NCBI GenBank assembly: GCA_017517035.1
Contig: JAFXAN010000126.1
Location: forward strand, 1 to 53,615
Source of the DNA: Clostridia bacterium
GTDB taxonomy: Bacteria > Bacillota > Clostridia > Oscillospirales > CAG-272
Reading direction: 5' to 3'
DNA: 53,615 nt
Shown piece by piece: positions 40,434 through 49,223 of the stretch (position 1 is the first letter of the stretch; each line of letters starts with the position of its first letter). The translations under genes and the position numbers were made by a program. Below the pieces are notes generated by a model that saw only the letters and a program-made list of their open reading frames with translations, did no database searches and was not told where the DNA came from.

Positions 40434-41018
40434 TTATGCCTTTACATATTTTTGATTGGAGCTCTTGGGTTTATCGGGCATAGTCAATTTTAATTTCCCA
40501 CTTTCAACAAGAGGGGCGACAATCTGTCCCATAACGTAATTACGGGATTTGCCTGCAAAAGAAATAAGTTCTGCTCTTGAACGAGGAACGGAACAAAATT
40601 CGATAATAGAATCGGTGAGAGAAGCAGACTCGGTGTGATACCCGTTCTTCATAATTACCTTGAACTCACCGTGTCTTACTGAAAACACGGGTACGGGAAG
40701 TCCTGCATTTAGGAACTCCATTCTCATTGTAGGAATGCCGGAATATCTGTTCTCTGTAATATTCAAAAGCTCAAGCATATTAGCGAGTGCGGCATTTCTT
40801 GTTTCGGGATGAACCTTTCCGAGCGCATCAATTGTAATCTTGCCATATAATCCACCGCTATTGGTGATTTCCATGCGGTCACGGTACATTTCTATACGAA
40901 TCGGTATGTTTTCGGTATGAATACTATAATCGCGGTGTACCAATGCATTGAGTATTGCTTCGCGCACTGCCTTGATGGGATATTCATTTTTATCTGCACG
41001 CTTGCCGTTAATATCTAT
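40434..41018 (-). pseudogene. 5'-truncated ATP-binding protein (RecG C-terminal/HATPase_c_4 type, normally with an N-terminal AlbA domain)
   Basis: EYPIKAVREAILNALVHRDY, RN..LA, ENRYSGIP, PDKPKSSNQKY. No RBS or start codon; the frame runs into a promoter. Confidence 0.75.
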
Positions 41019-41047
41019 AATATAACAGAAAATATAGAAATTGTCAA
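41019..41047 (-). promoter_or_regulatory. Orphaned sigma-A promoter abutting the truncated gene
   Basis: TTGACA-17 bp-TATATT with extended TG on the minus strand. Confidence 0.55.
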
Positions 41048-41191
41048 TATATGCACTCTTGTTTTGCCCAATTTTAATTATTGAAAATAGAGTTTGCACA
41101 CAAAAATGCAAGTTTGCACACTCGAGTGCAAATTAATGTGTAAACAAATAGATGGGGCGCAGACAAAACCGCCTGCGTCCATTTTTTGTAT

Positions 41192-41370
41192 TTAATTTGT
41201 ATTGGTCAATGTCTCGATAGCAATTTGCATACCGAGCTTGAATGCATACTCAAATATGGAAGCCTCAGCTAAACTCATATACTCACTCCAGCAGTCATGA
41301 AATTTTTCAAAGGCTTCCTTTTGTTCGTCAGAAAAGCTTTTTTTCGTGGTGACGTGCCATATAGCCTAAT
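41192..41370 (-). pseudogene. DUF6809-like small protein fragment, frameshifted
   Basis: LGYMARHHEK, then a shifted frame SFSDEQKEAFEKFHDCWSEYMSLAEASIFEYAFKLGMQIAIETLTNTN*. Confidence 0.55.
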
Positions 41371-41697
41371 CACATAAAAATAAAAGCACTACACTTTTTT
41401 CTTGTGATTTCTGTCATAATACTTTTACAGAGCAATGCGGTGTCCGGAACCGCAGGGATAAAAAAAGACTGTTCTTGAGACAGTCCTTATCTGTATGCAA
41501 TTTTTAATATTGCATTTTATGTACATGAGTATATATGACATAAATAAATATTTACATATGTAAAACATTTACATAAATAAAAATGGCAAAGTCTAAACAA
41601 ATGATGTGTTTTTTCCCGATATGTGATTTATAAAGCTCTGTATTTTTAGATATGTATTTGTACTTATGTTGAAAAAAGAAAAAGGAGAAAATGTAAA

Positions 41698-42636
41698 ATG
41701 AGCAACAATGTTGGACTTGAAATGAAAGAAAAAGCAAAAAGCGTGAACCTTATCGAATATCTGTTTGAGTATCACTCGGAGCTGATTTCTGAGGTGGGAC
41801 ATAACCGTTTTGTTCACCCTGATCACGATTCATTAGTGATTATGGAAAGAGGGTTCTTCCGTCACTCATCCCCCGATTGCAGAGGTGACCAGATACAGTT
41901 TTTAATGAATTTCCTTCATATGTCATTTCAAGATACGGTTCGTGAGCTTTGTGCACACGCAGACGAGTCGGGTATGAAATTGGAGGAGCATCAGCTTTCC
42001 CGCAATGCAAAGGAAAAGTTTTTTTACTTGCCGTACCCAACAGAAGACATTTATAAGCGTGTATGGGCGTATTTAACAACAAAGAGAGGCATACCTGCCG
42101 AAATAGTTCAAGAACTGTTCGATGCAACCTTGCTATATCAAGCAGAGGAATATGGGAACTGCGTATTTCATTATGACGGTGCAGGGAACTATGCGGAGAT
42201 AGTGGGGACATCAGATATCAAGTTTCGTCGATGTGCCGAAGGCTGTGCACCCGGAGCATATTGGGCTTGCGGAAATATAAATGGCGACACAGCATATGTA
42301 TGCGAGTCCGCAATTGACGCAGTAAGCCTTATGGCATTATATCGCAAATATTGTGATGGCGATCCTGCTTTTATATCTATAGGCGGGCTTAAAGACATTT
42401 CAATCAACAATGTACGAACCAAATACGAGAATGTCATTATCGCAGTAGATCGAGACGATGCAGGAGATTTCTGCTACAGTAAGCATAATGATCTCCCACG
42501 CATTCTTCCACCAAACATTCACGGAAAAAACGGAGAAAAGCTGAAGGATTGGAATGATGTTATAAGATACTGCGACAATGAAGAAAAAGTCAAAAAAAGT
42601 ATCGAGATATTTGCCGATATGGGCTTACCGTTTTAA
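41698..42636 (+). CDS. DUF3991/TOPRIM (primase-like) protein of mobile elements
   Basis: HPDHDSL, GDQIQFL, AYLTTKRGI, VCESAIDAVS, AVDRDDAG, KDWND. Confidence 0.85.
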   Translation: MSNNVGLEMKEKAKSVNLIEYLFEYHSELISEVGHNRFVHPDHDSLVIMERGFFRHSSPDCRGDQIQFLMNFLHMSFQDTVRELCAHADESGMKLEEHQLSRNAKEKFFYLPYPTEDIYKRVWAYLTTKRGIPAEIVQELFDATLLYQAEEYGNCVFHYDGAGNYAEIVGTSDIKFRRCAEGCAPGAYWACGNINGDTAYVCESAIDAVSLMALYRKYCDGDPAFISIGGLKDISINNVRTKYENVIIAVDRDDAGDFCYSKHNDLPRILPPNIHGKNGEKLKDWNDVIRYCDNEEKVKKSIEIFADMGLPF

Positions 42637-42701
42637 TAAAATTATTGCATCAAGGATTCTGACATAATTATAGTAGAGTATAAAGATAAGATTGGAGCTT
42701 A

Positions 42702-42800
42702 TTATTTCAGACCTTTCTCCAAGAACATCTTTTGCTTCTTTTTCATTGTTTTTAGGCTCCGATTACGAAACCACACATATAAAGGTCTGAAATTTCTCAT
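42702..42800 (-). CDS. Putative 32-aa basic peptide
   Basis: aggaggcggtgat RBS, then MRNFRPLYVWFRNRSLKTMKKKQKMFLEKGLK*. Confidence 0.3.
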   Translation of the reverse strand: MRNFRPLYVWFRNRSLKTMKKKQKMFLEKGLK

Positions 42801-42914
42801 ATTTTGCCGATCACCGCCTCCTAAAAAAATGGGTGATCGGCTACCCTAAAATACGCGCGGTGGTGTGGGAGGACAGCTAATCAACTAATGGTTAGCTTCC
42901 TACTCGATTGCTTA

Positions 42915-43850
42915 TCATTTATTTTCATTATGTTCCTTCAAAGCACCGGGGCCATCCTTATAATTTTTAATTCGTTCTCTGATTTCGCTCGGAGAGAACC
43001 CCTCTTCCTTTGCGAACATACGGCTGAAATAGCTTGGATTATCATATCCGAGAGAATAGGCGATTTCAGCAATCGAAAGCTCCGATGTTCGCAGAAGCTC
43101 AATGGCGTTTGAGATCTTATTTTTTGTGATATACTGAATGGGAGTTATTCCCAGATGCTTTCTGAAAAGGCGTATCATGTGCTGAGGTGAAAGATGGCAA
43201 AGCTCGCACAGTTGTTCTGTGGAGATTTTTTTATTATAATTCTGTTGAATAAATGAAAGTGCCTGACGTAGCGGTGGCGGTATGTCAGGGGGCACCGTGC
43301 TGCTTGCGGTGATTGAAATGACGTTAATTGATACCGAGGATAAAAATTCAACTAACTTCAGCGAGATAAGCAGCGGTGAAACATAGGTTGCTGAAATTTT
43401 TTTTTGTGGGATTTGACGGAGAAGTGTGCAAAGCTCATCAAAACCATCTCCTGTGTTTCCATGATGATTTATATAAAGGTGAGTTGGCAGAAGCGAAAGC
43501 CTTTTTTGAACAGAAAGCGATGCATTTTTGTTAATTATCTCCTTAAGCTCGTTTTCTGCTTCCTTGTTTGAGAGAGAATCAATGGTAGACCTTAGCATAA
43601 AATGAACATAAAGGAGTTTACAGCTTTTGTCATTTACAGGACGGCGAATATATTCTTTGCTTGGGGGTATGAGTATATAATCCCCCTTGCTTAATGTTAA
43701 ATTATTATCATCTATATCTATTCTGCAAGCCCCCTCGGTTATCAAAATGAGAATTGCGCGTCTGTCTGCACATCTCCATAGTGTTTTCCTTTCTATTTCA
43801 TATGTTTCTTCGATTTCCGGAAGTGTTTGCAGAGAGAGTTTATAAACCAT
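42915..43850 (-). CDS. AraC/XylS-family regulator
   Basis: Cupin-like N-terminus; double HTH ending LGYDNPSYFSRMF; RBS gggggg before ATG 43850. Confidence 0.93.
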   Translation of the reverse strand: MVYKLSLQTLPEIEETYEIERKTLWRCADRRAILILITEGACRIDIDDNNLTLSKGDYILIPPSKEYIRRPVNDKSCKLLYVHFMLRSTIDSLSNKEAENELKEIINKNASLSVQKRLSLLPTHLYINHHGNTGDGFDELCTLLRQIPQKKISATYVSPLLISLKLVEFLSSVSINVISITASSTVPPDIPPPLRQALSFIQQNYNKKISTEQLCELCHLSPQHMIRLFRKHLGITPIQYITKNKISNAIELLRTSELSIAEIAYSLGYDNPSYFSRMFAKEEGFSPSEIRERIKNYKDGPGALKEHNENK

Positions 43851-43880
43851 AGTTCCCCCCCATTTCGGTTGCTTTTTGAA

Positions 43881-43977
43881 AATGTTAAAATTGTGCATAT
43901 GAATGTTCAAATTCGATATTTACAAAATTTATTTTTTAACCTAAAATAATTATAACAGATTTTTCTGTTTATGTAAA
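43881..43977. promoter_or_regulatory. Overlapping opposed promoters with a tandem AraC-type repeat
   Basis: aatgttaaaatt (43881) and aatgttcaaatt (43902); plus-strand TTTACA-17-TAAAAT (43919-43947); minus-strand TTTACA-17-TATAAT (43977-43949). Confidence 0.65.
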
Positions 43978-44007
43978 GATATAAATCAAAAAAACGGAGA
44001 AAAAATT

Positions 44008-45102
44008 ATGTCAGCAAAAAAATGGAAGGTCGCAGTTGTTGGCTGTGGCACGTTCGCAAACGATCAGTATTTCCCCAATATAGCCAAGGAGGCAAATGCA
44101 GTCTGCGTTGCAGCTTGCGATATCGTACCCGAAAGAGCGCAGAGCGCTTGCGAGAAATACGGTATTCCCGAATGGTATACAAGTGTATATGAAATGTTAG
44201 AAAAGTGCGATTTTGATATCGCCATCGATGCAACCTCAATTCAGGCGCACCATGAGGTCAATATGGCGATTCTCGGGGCGGGCAAGCATCTTATCAGCCA
44301 AAAACCCGCTGCTCCCACGGTCGAATTGCTTACCGAGCAGATAGAGCTTGCAAAAAATAAGGGTGTTAAATTTGTGTGCGTACCGATTCATCCCATGAGA
44401 TTTGACCTTGCTGTTGCAAAGCAGATGATAGCAGATGGAGCCATCGGAGAGCTTTCATATATCAAGTGTAATGTTGCTCATGGAGGCCCTAACTATTTCC
44501 AGTACCGCGATGCTGACCCAACGTGGTTCTTCGAGGACGGTGCAGGAGCACTTGTTGATATGGGTGTTCACGGTATTCAGATAGTGACACATATGTTTGG
44601 CCCGGCAAAGAAGATCAGCTGTCTTGCGGCGGTTACAACACCCGAGAGAACGGTACGTTCAGGCAAATTTGACGGCAAAAAGATAAAGGCAGACAAGATT
44701 CCCGATCAGTATTTTATTAACATAACCTTTGCAAACGGAAAGATAGGCTTCATTGACACAGGATTTTCACAGAAGGCTTCAAAACAGCCTCAGCTTGAGA
44801 TCTACGGTAGCGAGGGAACAATTTCTCTTACATCAGGATATATGCAAAATCCTATGCCGAGCGTCTATATGGACGCACCCGAACGTGGAATCCGAGGTTG
44901 GGTAGAGCCTATGACATGGACGAGTATTCCGAAGAAGCTCATCAGCCAGTGCTGCTGTCTCCGTGATATAATCGAAGCCATTGAGGGTGAATGTGATCCT
45001 ATGCTGACACCCGAGCACGCAAGACACGTGCTTGAGATCATGTGTAAGATCCCCGAGGCGGTAAAAACGGGTGCTACCGTTGAGCTTGAAACAACATTTT
45101 AA
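44008..45102 (+). CDS. Gfo/Idh/MocA oxidoreductase (QKP variant)
   Basis: VVGCG, SQKP, GALVDMGVH. Confidence 0.92.
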   Translation: MSAKKWKVAVVGCGTFANDQYFPNIAKEANAVCVAACDIVPERAQSACEKYGIPEWYTSVYEMLEKCDFDIAIDATSIQAHHEVNMAILGAGKHLISQKPAAPTVELLTEQIELAKNKGVKFVCVPIHPMRFDLAVAKQMIADGAIGELSYIKCNVAHGGPNYFQYRDADPTWFFEDGAGALVDMGVHGIQIVTHMFGPAKKISCLAAVTTPERTVRSGKFDGKKIKADKIPDQYFINITFANGKIGFIDTGFSQKASKQPQLEIYGSEGTISLTSGYMQNPMPSVYMDAPERGIRGWVEPMTWTSIPKKLISQCCCLRDIIEAIEGECDPMLTPEHARHVLEIMCKIPEAVKTGATVELETTF

Positions 45103-45114
45103 GAGGTGATTCGA

Positions 45115-46194
45115 ATGGATAAATTAAGAGTTGCATTTTTCGGAGCAGCACATCCCCATGTGGATGCCATTATGGAAACAATAGTGAACAATTCCGAGGA
45201 TTTTGAAATTATCGGGTTTGCCGAGGTTTCCTTTCCACCGAGAGACCCGTTTACATATGACGAAAAACACAGCATAATTGTTGGCACCTTCAAATGTCCC
45301 GAATATGACGATTGGAAAACTCTTGCTTCTCTTAATGTGGACCTTGCGGTGGTAAATTCGGACAATGCGGCAAGAGAGGAGATATGCTGTTATCTGCTTT
45401 CAATGGGAATAAATGTTCTTGACGAAAAGCCTATGGCGATGAATTATGCCGCGGCAAAGAGAATGTGCGATATTGCAAAGGAAAACGGTGTTCATATGCT
45501 CACAAACTGGCCTATTGCATGGTTTCCTGCGTTCCGTCTTGCCAAAAAGCTTCTTGACGAGGGCAGAATAGGAAAGCTGATGAAGGTCACATACAGAAGC
45601 CCCGCAACATGGGGGCCGTTCTCATACAGAGAATTTGTAAAATATCCAACAGAGCATTTTAAGGATAGCTGGTGGTATAAGGCTGAATACGGAGGCGGTT
45701 CTATCCTTGACTATGCTTGCTACGGTGCGATACTTTCCACATGGATGTTCGGAAAAAGAGCCGAAAGAGTTTGCTGCATGACAAAGCAGTTTGTAACAAC
45801 ATTTTCAGATGTTGAGGACTGGAGCGCAATGCTTCTCGATTTCGGTGACGGAGTTGGAATGATCGAAGGCTCGTGGGCAACATATAACAGTGGAGAGGTT
45901 CCTTCGGGGCCTATACTTCACGGAACGGAGGGAACTATCGTCTGCGAGAGACATTCGACAATAGTTAAGGTTTATGAAGGCAAGAGTCACACCCCCGTAG
46001 AGCCTACGGAGATTATAGATGCAGGCATTGCAGACCAGTCAACAGCACTTGGCAAACATCTTGCAAGAGTGATTCGAGGCGAGGAAGAGCCGGTGGATAT
46101 GCTCAGCACCGAGGTTAATCTTTCGGTGGTAGCCGCTCTTGATGCGGGAATAAAATCCGCAAAAACAGGAAAAACAGTAGAAGCAGAAAAATAA
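45115..46194 (+). CDS. Gfo/Idh/MocA oxidoreductase
   Basis: GAAHPH, DEKP, GGGSILDYACY. Confidence 0.9.
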   Translation: MDKLRVAFFGAAHPHVDAIMETIVNNSEDFEIIGFAEVSFPPRDPFTYDEKHSIIVGTFKCPEYDDWKTLASLNVDLAVVNSDNAAREEICCYLLSMGINVLDEKPMAMNYAAAKRMCDIAKENGVHMLTNWPIAWFPAFRLAKKLLDEGRIGKLMKVTYRSPATWGPFSYREFVKYPTEHFKDSWWYKAEYGGGSILDYACYGAILSTWMFGKRAERVCCMTKQFVTTFSDVEDWSAMLLDFGDGVGMIEGSWATYNSGEVPSGPILHGTEGTIVCERHSTIVKVYEGKSHTPVEPTEIIDAGIADQSTALGKHLARVIRGEEEPVDMLSTEVNLSVVAALDAGIKSAKTGKTVEAEK

Positions 46195-46213
46195 TTTTTA
46201 GGAGATAAATGAT

Positions 46214-47332
46214 ATGAGTAAGCTCAGAGTTGCCGTAATAGGTACCGGAATGATAGCAAACAGTGCACATTTTCCTGCACTTAACGATCTTAGAAAAGAA
46301 GGACTTATCGAGGTTGTAGGCGTTGCGGACATCCGTGAGGAGGTTGCGGCAGAAACTGCAAAGAGACACGATGTTCCGAATTATTATAAAGACCCCCAGA
46401 AGATGCTTGACGAGCTTAAACCCGATTTTGTTGCGGTATGCACACCAAATATGTACCATAAGGAATGGACAATAAAGGCTCTTAAAGCCGGAGCACACGT
46501 TGCCTGCGAGAAGCCTATGGGACTATCTGTCTCCGATGTTAAGGAGATGTGGCAGACTGCAAAGGACTGCGGAAAGATGCTTTTCCCTTGTCAGTGCATG
46601 AGATGGAGAAATTATATGCAGCAGTCAAAGATTCTTGTGGATAGCGGTGAGCTTGGAGATGTTTATTTCTCGGATATCGAGTTCATCAGAAGAATTGGAA
46701 TCCCTACGTGGGGTATGTTCCATATGAAGGAGCATAATTTCGGTGGCCCGTTCTGCGATCTCGGAGTTCATCTTATCGACTCACTTCTATGGATTGTTGG
46801 AGATAAGAAGGTCGAGGCGGTTTCGGGAAGTGCATATACAAAAATCGCAAATCAGGGGGAGGATATTCTTCTCAGCATTGCGGAGAGCGGCGCATATTCG
46901 GGCGCATTCACCCCAAGAAAATATGATTATAAGGAATTTAACGTTGAGGAATTTTCAACAGGTTTTATGCGTCTTGAAGGAGGCATGAGCGTTAATTTTA
47001 AGTTCTCCTGGGCGCTCAATCTTCCCACAACAAATCTTGATATGGTAATCTGCGGTGATAAGGGCGGTCTTTCGGTAAATAAGGAAAAACTCTATAAGAA
47101 TATCGGCAAATTCCAGTCGGAATGTGATATGAAATGGTTTGATAACGGTGCATATAAGGGAGTTGCATTCGAGCAGCACAGATATATGTACAGAAATATC
47201 ATAAACACACTTGCAGGTAAGGAAGAATACCTCATAAAAGAGCATCAGAATATTGAGGTCACAAAGGCAATAGAGTGCTTCTATAAGTCTGCAGAGCTCC
47301 GTCGCGAGGTAAGAGTGGAGGAGCTTAAATGA
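46214..47332 (+). CDS. Gfo/Idh/MocA oxidoreductase
   Basis: VIGTGMI, CEKP, GGPFCDLGVH. Confidence 0.93.
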   Translation: MSKLRVAVIGTGMIANSAHFPALNDLRKEGLIEVVGVADIREEVAAETAKRHDVPNYYKDPQKMLDELKPDFVAVCTPNMYHKEWTIKALKAGAHVACEKPMGLSVSDVKEMWQTAKDCGKMLFPCQCMRWRNYMQQSKILVDSGELGDVYFSDIEFIRRIGIPTWGMFHMKEHNFGGPFCDLGVHLIDSLLWIVGDKKVEAVSGSAYTKIANQGEDILLSIAESGAYSGAFTPRKYDYKEFNVEEFSTGFMRLEGGMSVNFKFSWALNLPTTNLDMVICGDKGGLSVNKEKLYKNIGKFQSECDMKWFDNGAYKGVAFEQHRYMYRNIINTLAGKEEYLIKEHQNIEVTKAIECFYKSAELRREVRVEELK

Positions 47333-48426
47333 GTATTCGTGCCGTAATTTGCGGCTGTGCCCATATGCACGTAAATGAGGTCGCCCTTTACATAAGCGAG
47401 CAAACATCAACAGAGCTTTGCGGTGTTGCGGATATCGCTCCCGAATTTCCCGAAAATACCGATAAAAGATATACCCGTGCATGGAATTTCAAAAATGTTG
47501 TTGAAAAATATTCTGCAAAGCCTTTTGATGATTACAAAAAAATGCTTGATGAGATAAAGCCCGATGTTGCTTACCTTCTCTGCGAGAACTATCGCAAGGC
47601 AGAAATAGCAGAAGAAATTGCAAGGCGCGGTATTAACGTCATCATCGAAAAGCCTATGGCAACAACGGCTTCAGAGGCTCGAAAAATCGTTTCATTAAAA
47701 GAAAAATACGGAGTTGAGATATACGTCAACTGGCCCGTTACTTGGCGTAGATACATCCGTGAGATGAAGGCAACTGTTGATAGCGGAAGGCTTGGAAAGA
47801 TTCAGAAGCTTCGATATCTCAACGGTCATACAGGACCTCTGGGCAAGGGCGCAAAGCACCGCGGCGTAAGCGCAAAGGCTGAAGAAATGACAGACGAGGA
47901 AAGAGGACGTACTTGGTGGCACCAAAAGAAGTGCGGCGGCGGTGCGTATCTTGATATTCTTTGTTACGGTTGCTATTTCAGCAGATGGCTGTTTGGAAAG
48001 CTTCCCGTTGATATTATGTCTGTTGGCGAAAATCTAAACACTCCTTTTGGTGACACAGAAGATAATATTGCTGCAATTCTACGATTTGAGGATGGATTTG
48101 CGGTAGCCGAGGGCACGTGGACTACTCCCAGAAGAAGAATGCCCACAGGCCCCGAGATCATTTGCTCCGACGGTGTTGTCTGGTGTGACGGAGTTCCGGA
48201 TGGCGAGGCATTTGTTGCGGCTTCCGACATTTACGGAAATGACATTGACGCAGATCATCAGAAGGACGACGAGCACTTTCGCAATATGCCTTGGCACTAT
48301 GCTGCACATGTGAAGCAGGGAATGCCCATTCACGAAACACTTACAGCAGAGTTCAATGCGGATGTGGTTGCCATGATCGAAGCGGCTGAACGCTCAAATG
48401 CGAGCCGCAAAGCAGAAAAAGTGTGA
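47329..48426 (+). CDS. Gfo/Idh/MocA oxidoreductase
   Basis: GCAHMH, IEKP, GGGAYLDILCY. Confidence 0.9.
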   Translation: MSIRAVICGCAHMHVNEVALYISEQTSTELCGVADIAPEFPENTDKRYTRAWNFKNVVEKYSAKPFDDYKKMLDEIKPDVAYLLCENYRKAEIAEEIARRGINVIIEKPMATTASEARKIVSLKEKYGVEIYVNWPVTWRRYIREMKATVDSGRLGKIQKLRYLNGHTGPLGKGAKHRGVSAKAEEMTDEERGRTWWHQKKCGGGAYLDILCYGCYFSRWLFGKLPVDIMSVGENLNTPFGDTEDNIAAILRFEDGFAVAEGTWTTPRRRMPTGPEIICSDGVVWCDGVPDGEAFVAASDIYGNDIDADHQKDDEHFRNMPWHYAAHVKQGMPIHETLTAEFNADVVAMIEAAERSNASRKAEKV

Positions 48427-49223
48427 TGAATAAAGAAAATATAAGCGCACGAGTCACCGAAATAGAAAGATTTTCGGTGCACGACGGTCCCGGGATACGT
48501 ACTGTGGTCTTTCTCAAAGGCTGTCCTTTAAATTGTGCTTGGTGTCATAACCCCGAGTGTATCTCATTTGAAAAACAAACCTTGGTATATACGGAAAAAT
48601 GTATCGGCTGCGGCAAATGCGATCAGGGGTGCTATTCGGGCGCAAGAGTTGAGTGCGGAAAAGAAATGACCGTTGATCAGGTGATGGAAGAGGTGCTCCA
48701 GGATCAGATATATTATGGAGAGCACGGAGGTCTGACTATTTCAGGCGGTGAGCCTTTGGCACATAGAGAATTTACAATGGCTCTCATTCGCGCATGCCGA
48801 GAAAAAAATATAAAGGTAGGTATCGAGACCTCGCTTTACCGTTTTGACGAAGAGTTGCTTTCTTCGCTCGACCTGATAATGGCCGATATGAAGATATTTG
48901 ATTGTGATATTCATCGCAAATGGGTAGGAGTCGGAAACGAGGAGATAAAAAACAATCTCTGCCGAGCAAACGAACTTGGTATACCCATGATTGTTCGCAC
49001 ACCTGTGATCTGTGGAATAAATGACAACACGGAAAACGTAAAGCGAACAGCTGAATTTTTGCGTGAGCTTAAAAACGTAACGTCCTATGAGCTTTTGCCT
49101 TATCATCCATTGGGAGTTTCCAAGGCAGAGGCACTTGGGATAAAGCAAACAGAATTTAAAACACCCTCACAAAGTCAAATGGAGGAACTTAATAAATATG
49201 CTGACATATCAAGACAGACTTGA
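48423..49223 (+). CDS. Glycyl-radical enzyme activase (radical SAM)
   Basis: HDGPGIRTVVFLKGCPLNCAWCHNPE, SGGEP, ELLPYH; short CIGCGKCDQGC insert. Confidence 0.95.
   Translation: MMNKENISARVTEIERFSVHDGPGIRTVVFLKGCPLNCAWCHNPECISFEKQTLVYTEKCIGCGKCDQGCYSGARVECGKEMTVDQVMEEVLQDQIYYGEHGGLTISGGEPLAHREFTMALIRACREKNIKVGIETSLYRFDEELLSSLDLIMADMKIFDCDIHRKWVGVGNEEIKNNLCRANELGIPMIVRTPVICGINDNTENVKRTAEFLRELKNVTSYELLPYHPLGVSKAEALGIKQTEFKTPSQSQMEELNKYADISRQT

Noticed and set aside
40434-41111. Intact 225-aa gene as given in the ORF track
   Set aside because: The first ~30 codons translate promoter DNA and there is no RBS; treated as a 5'-truncated pseudogene.
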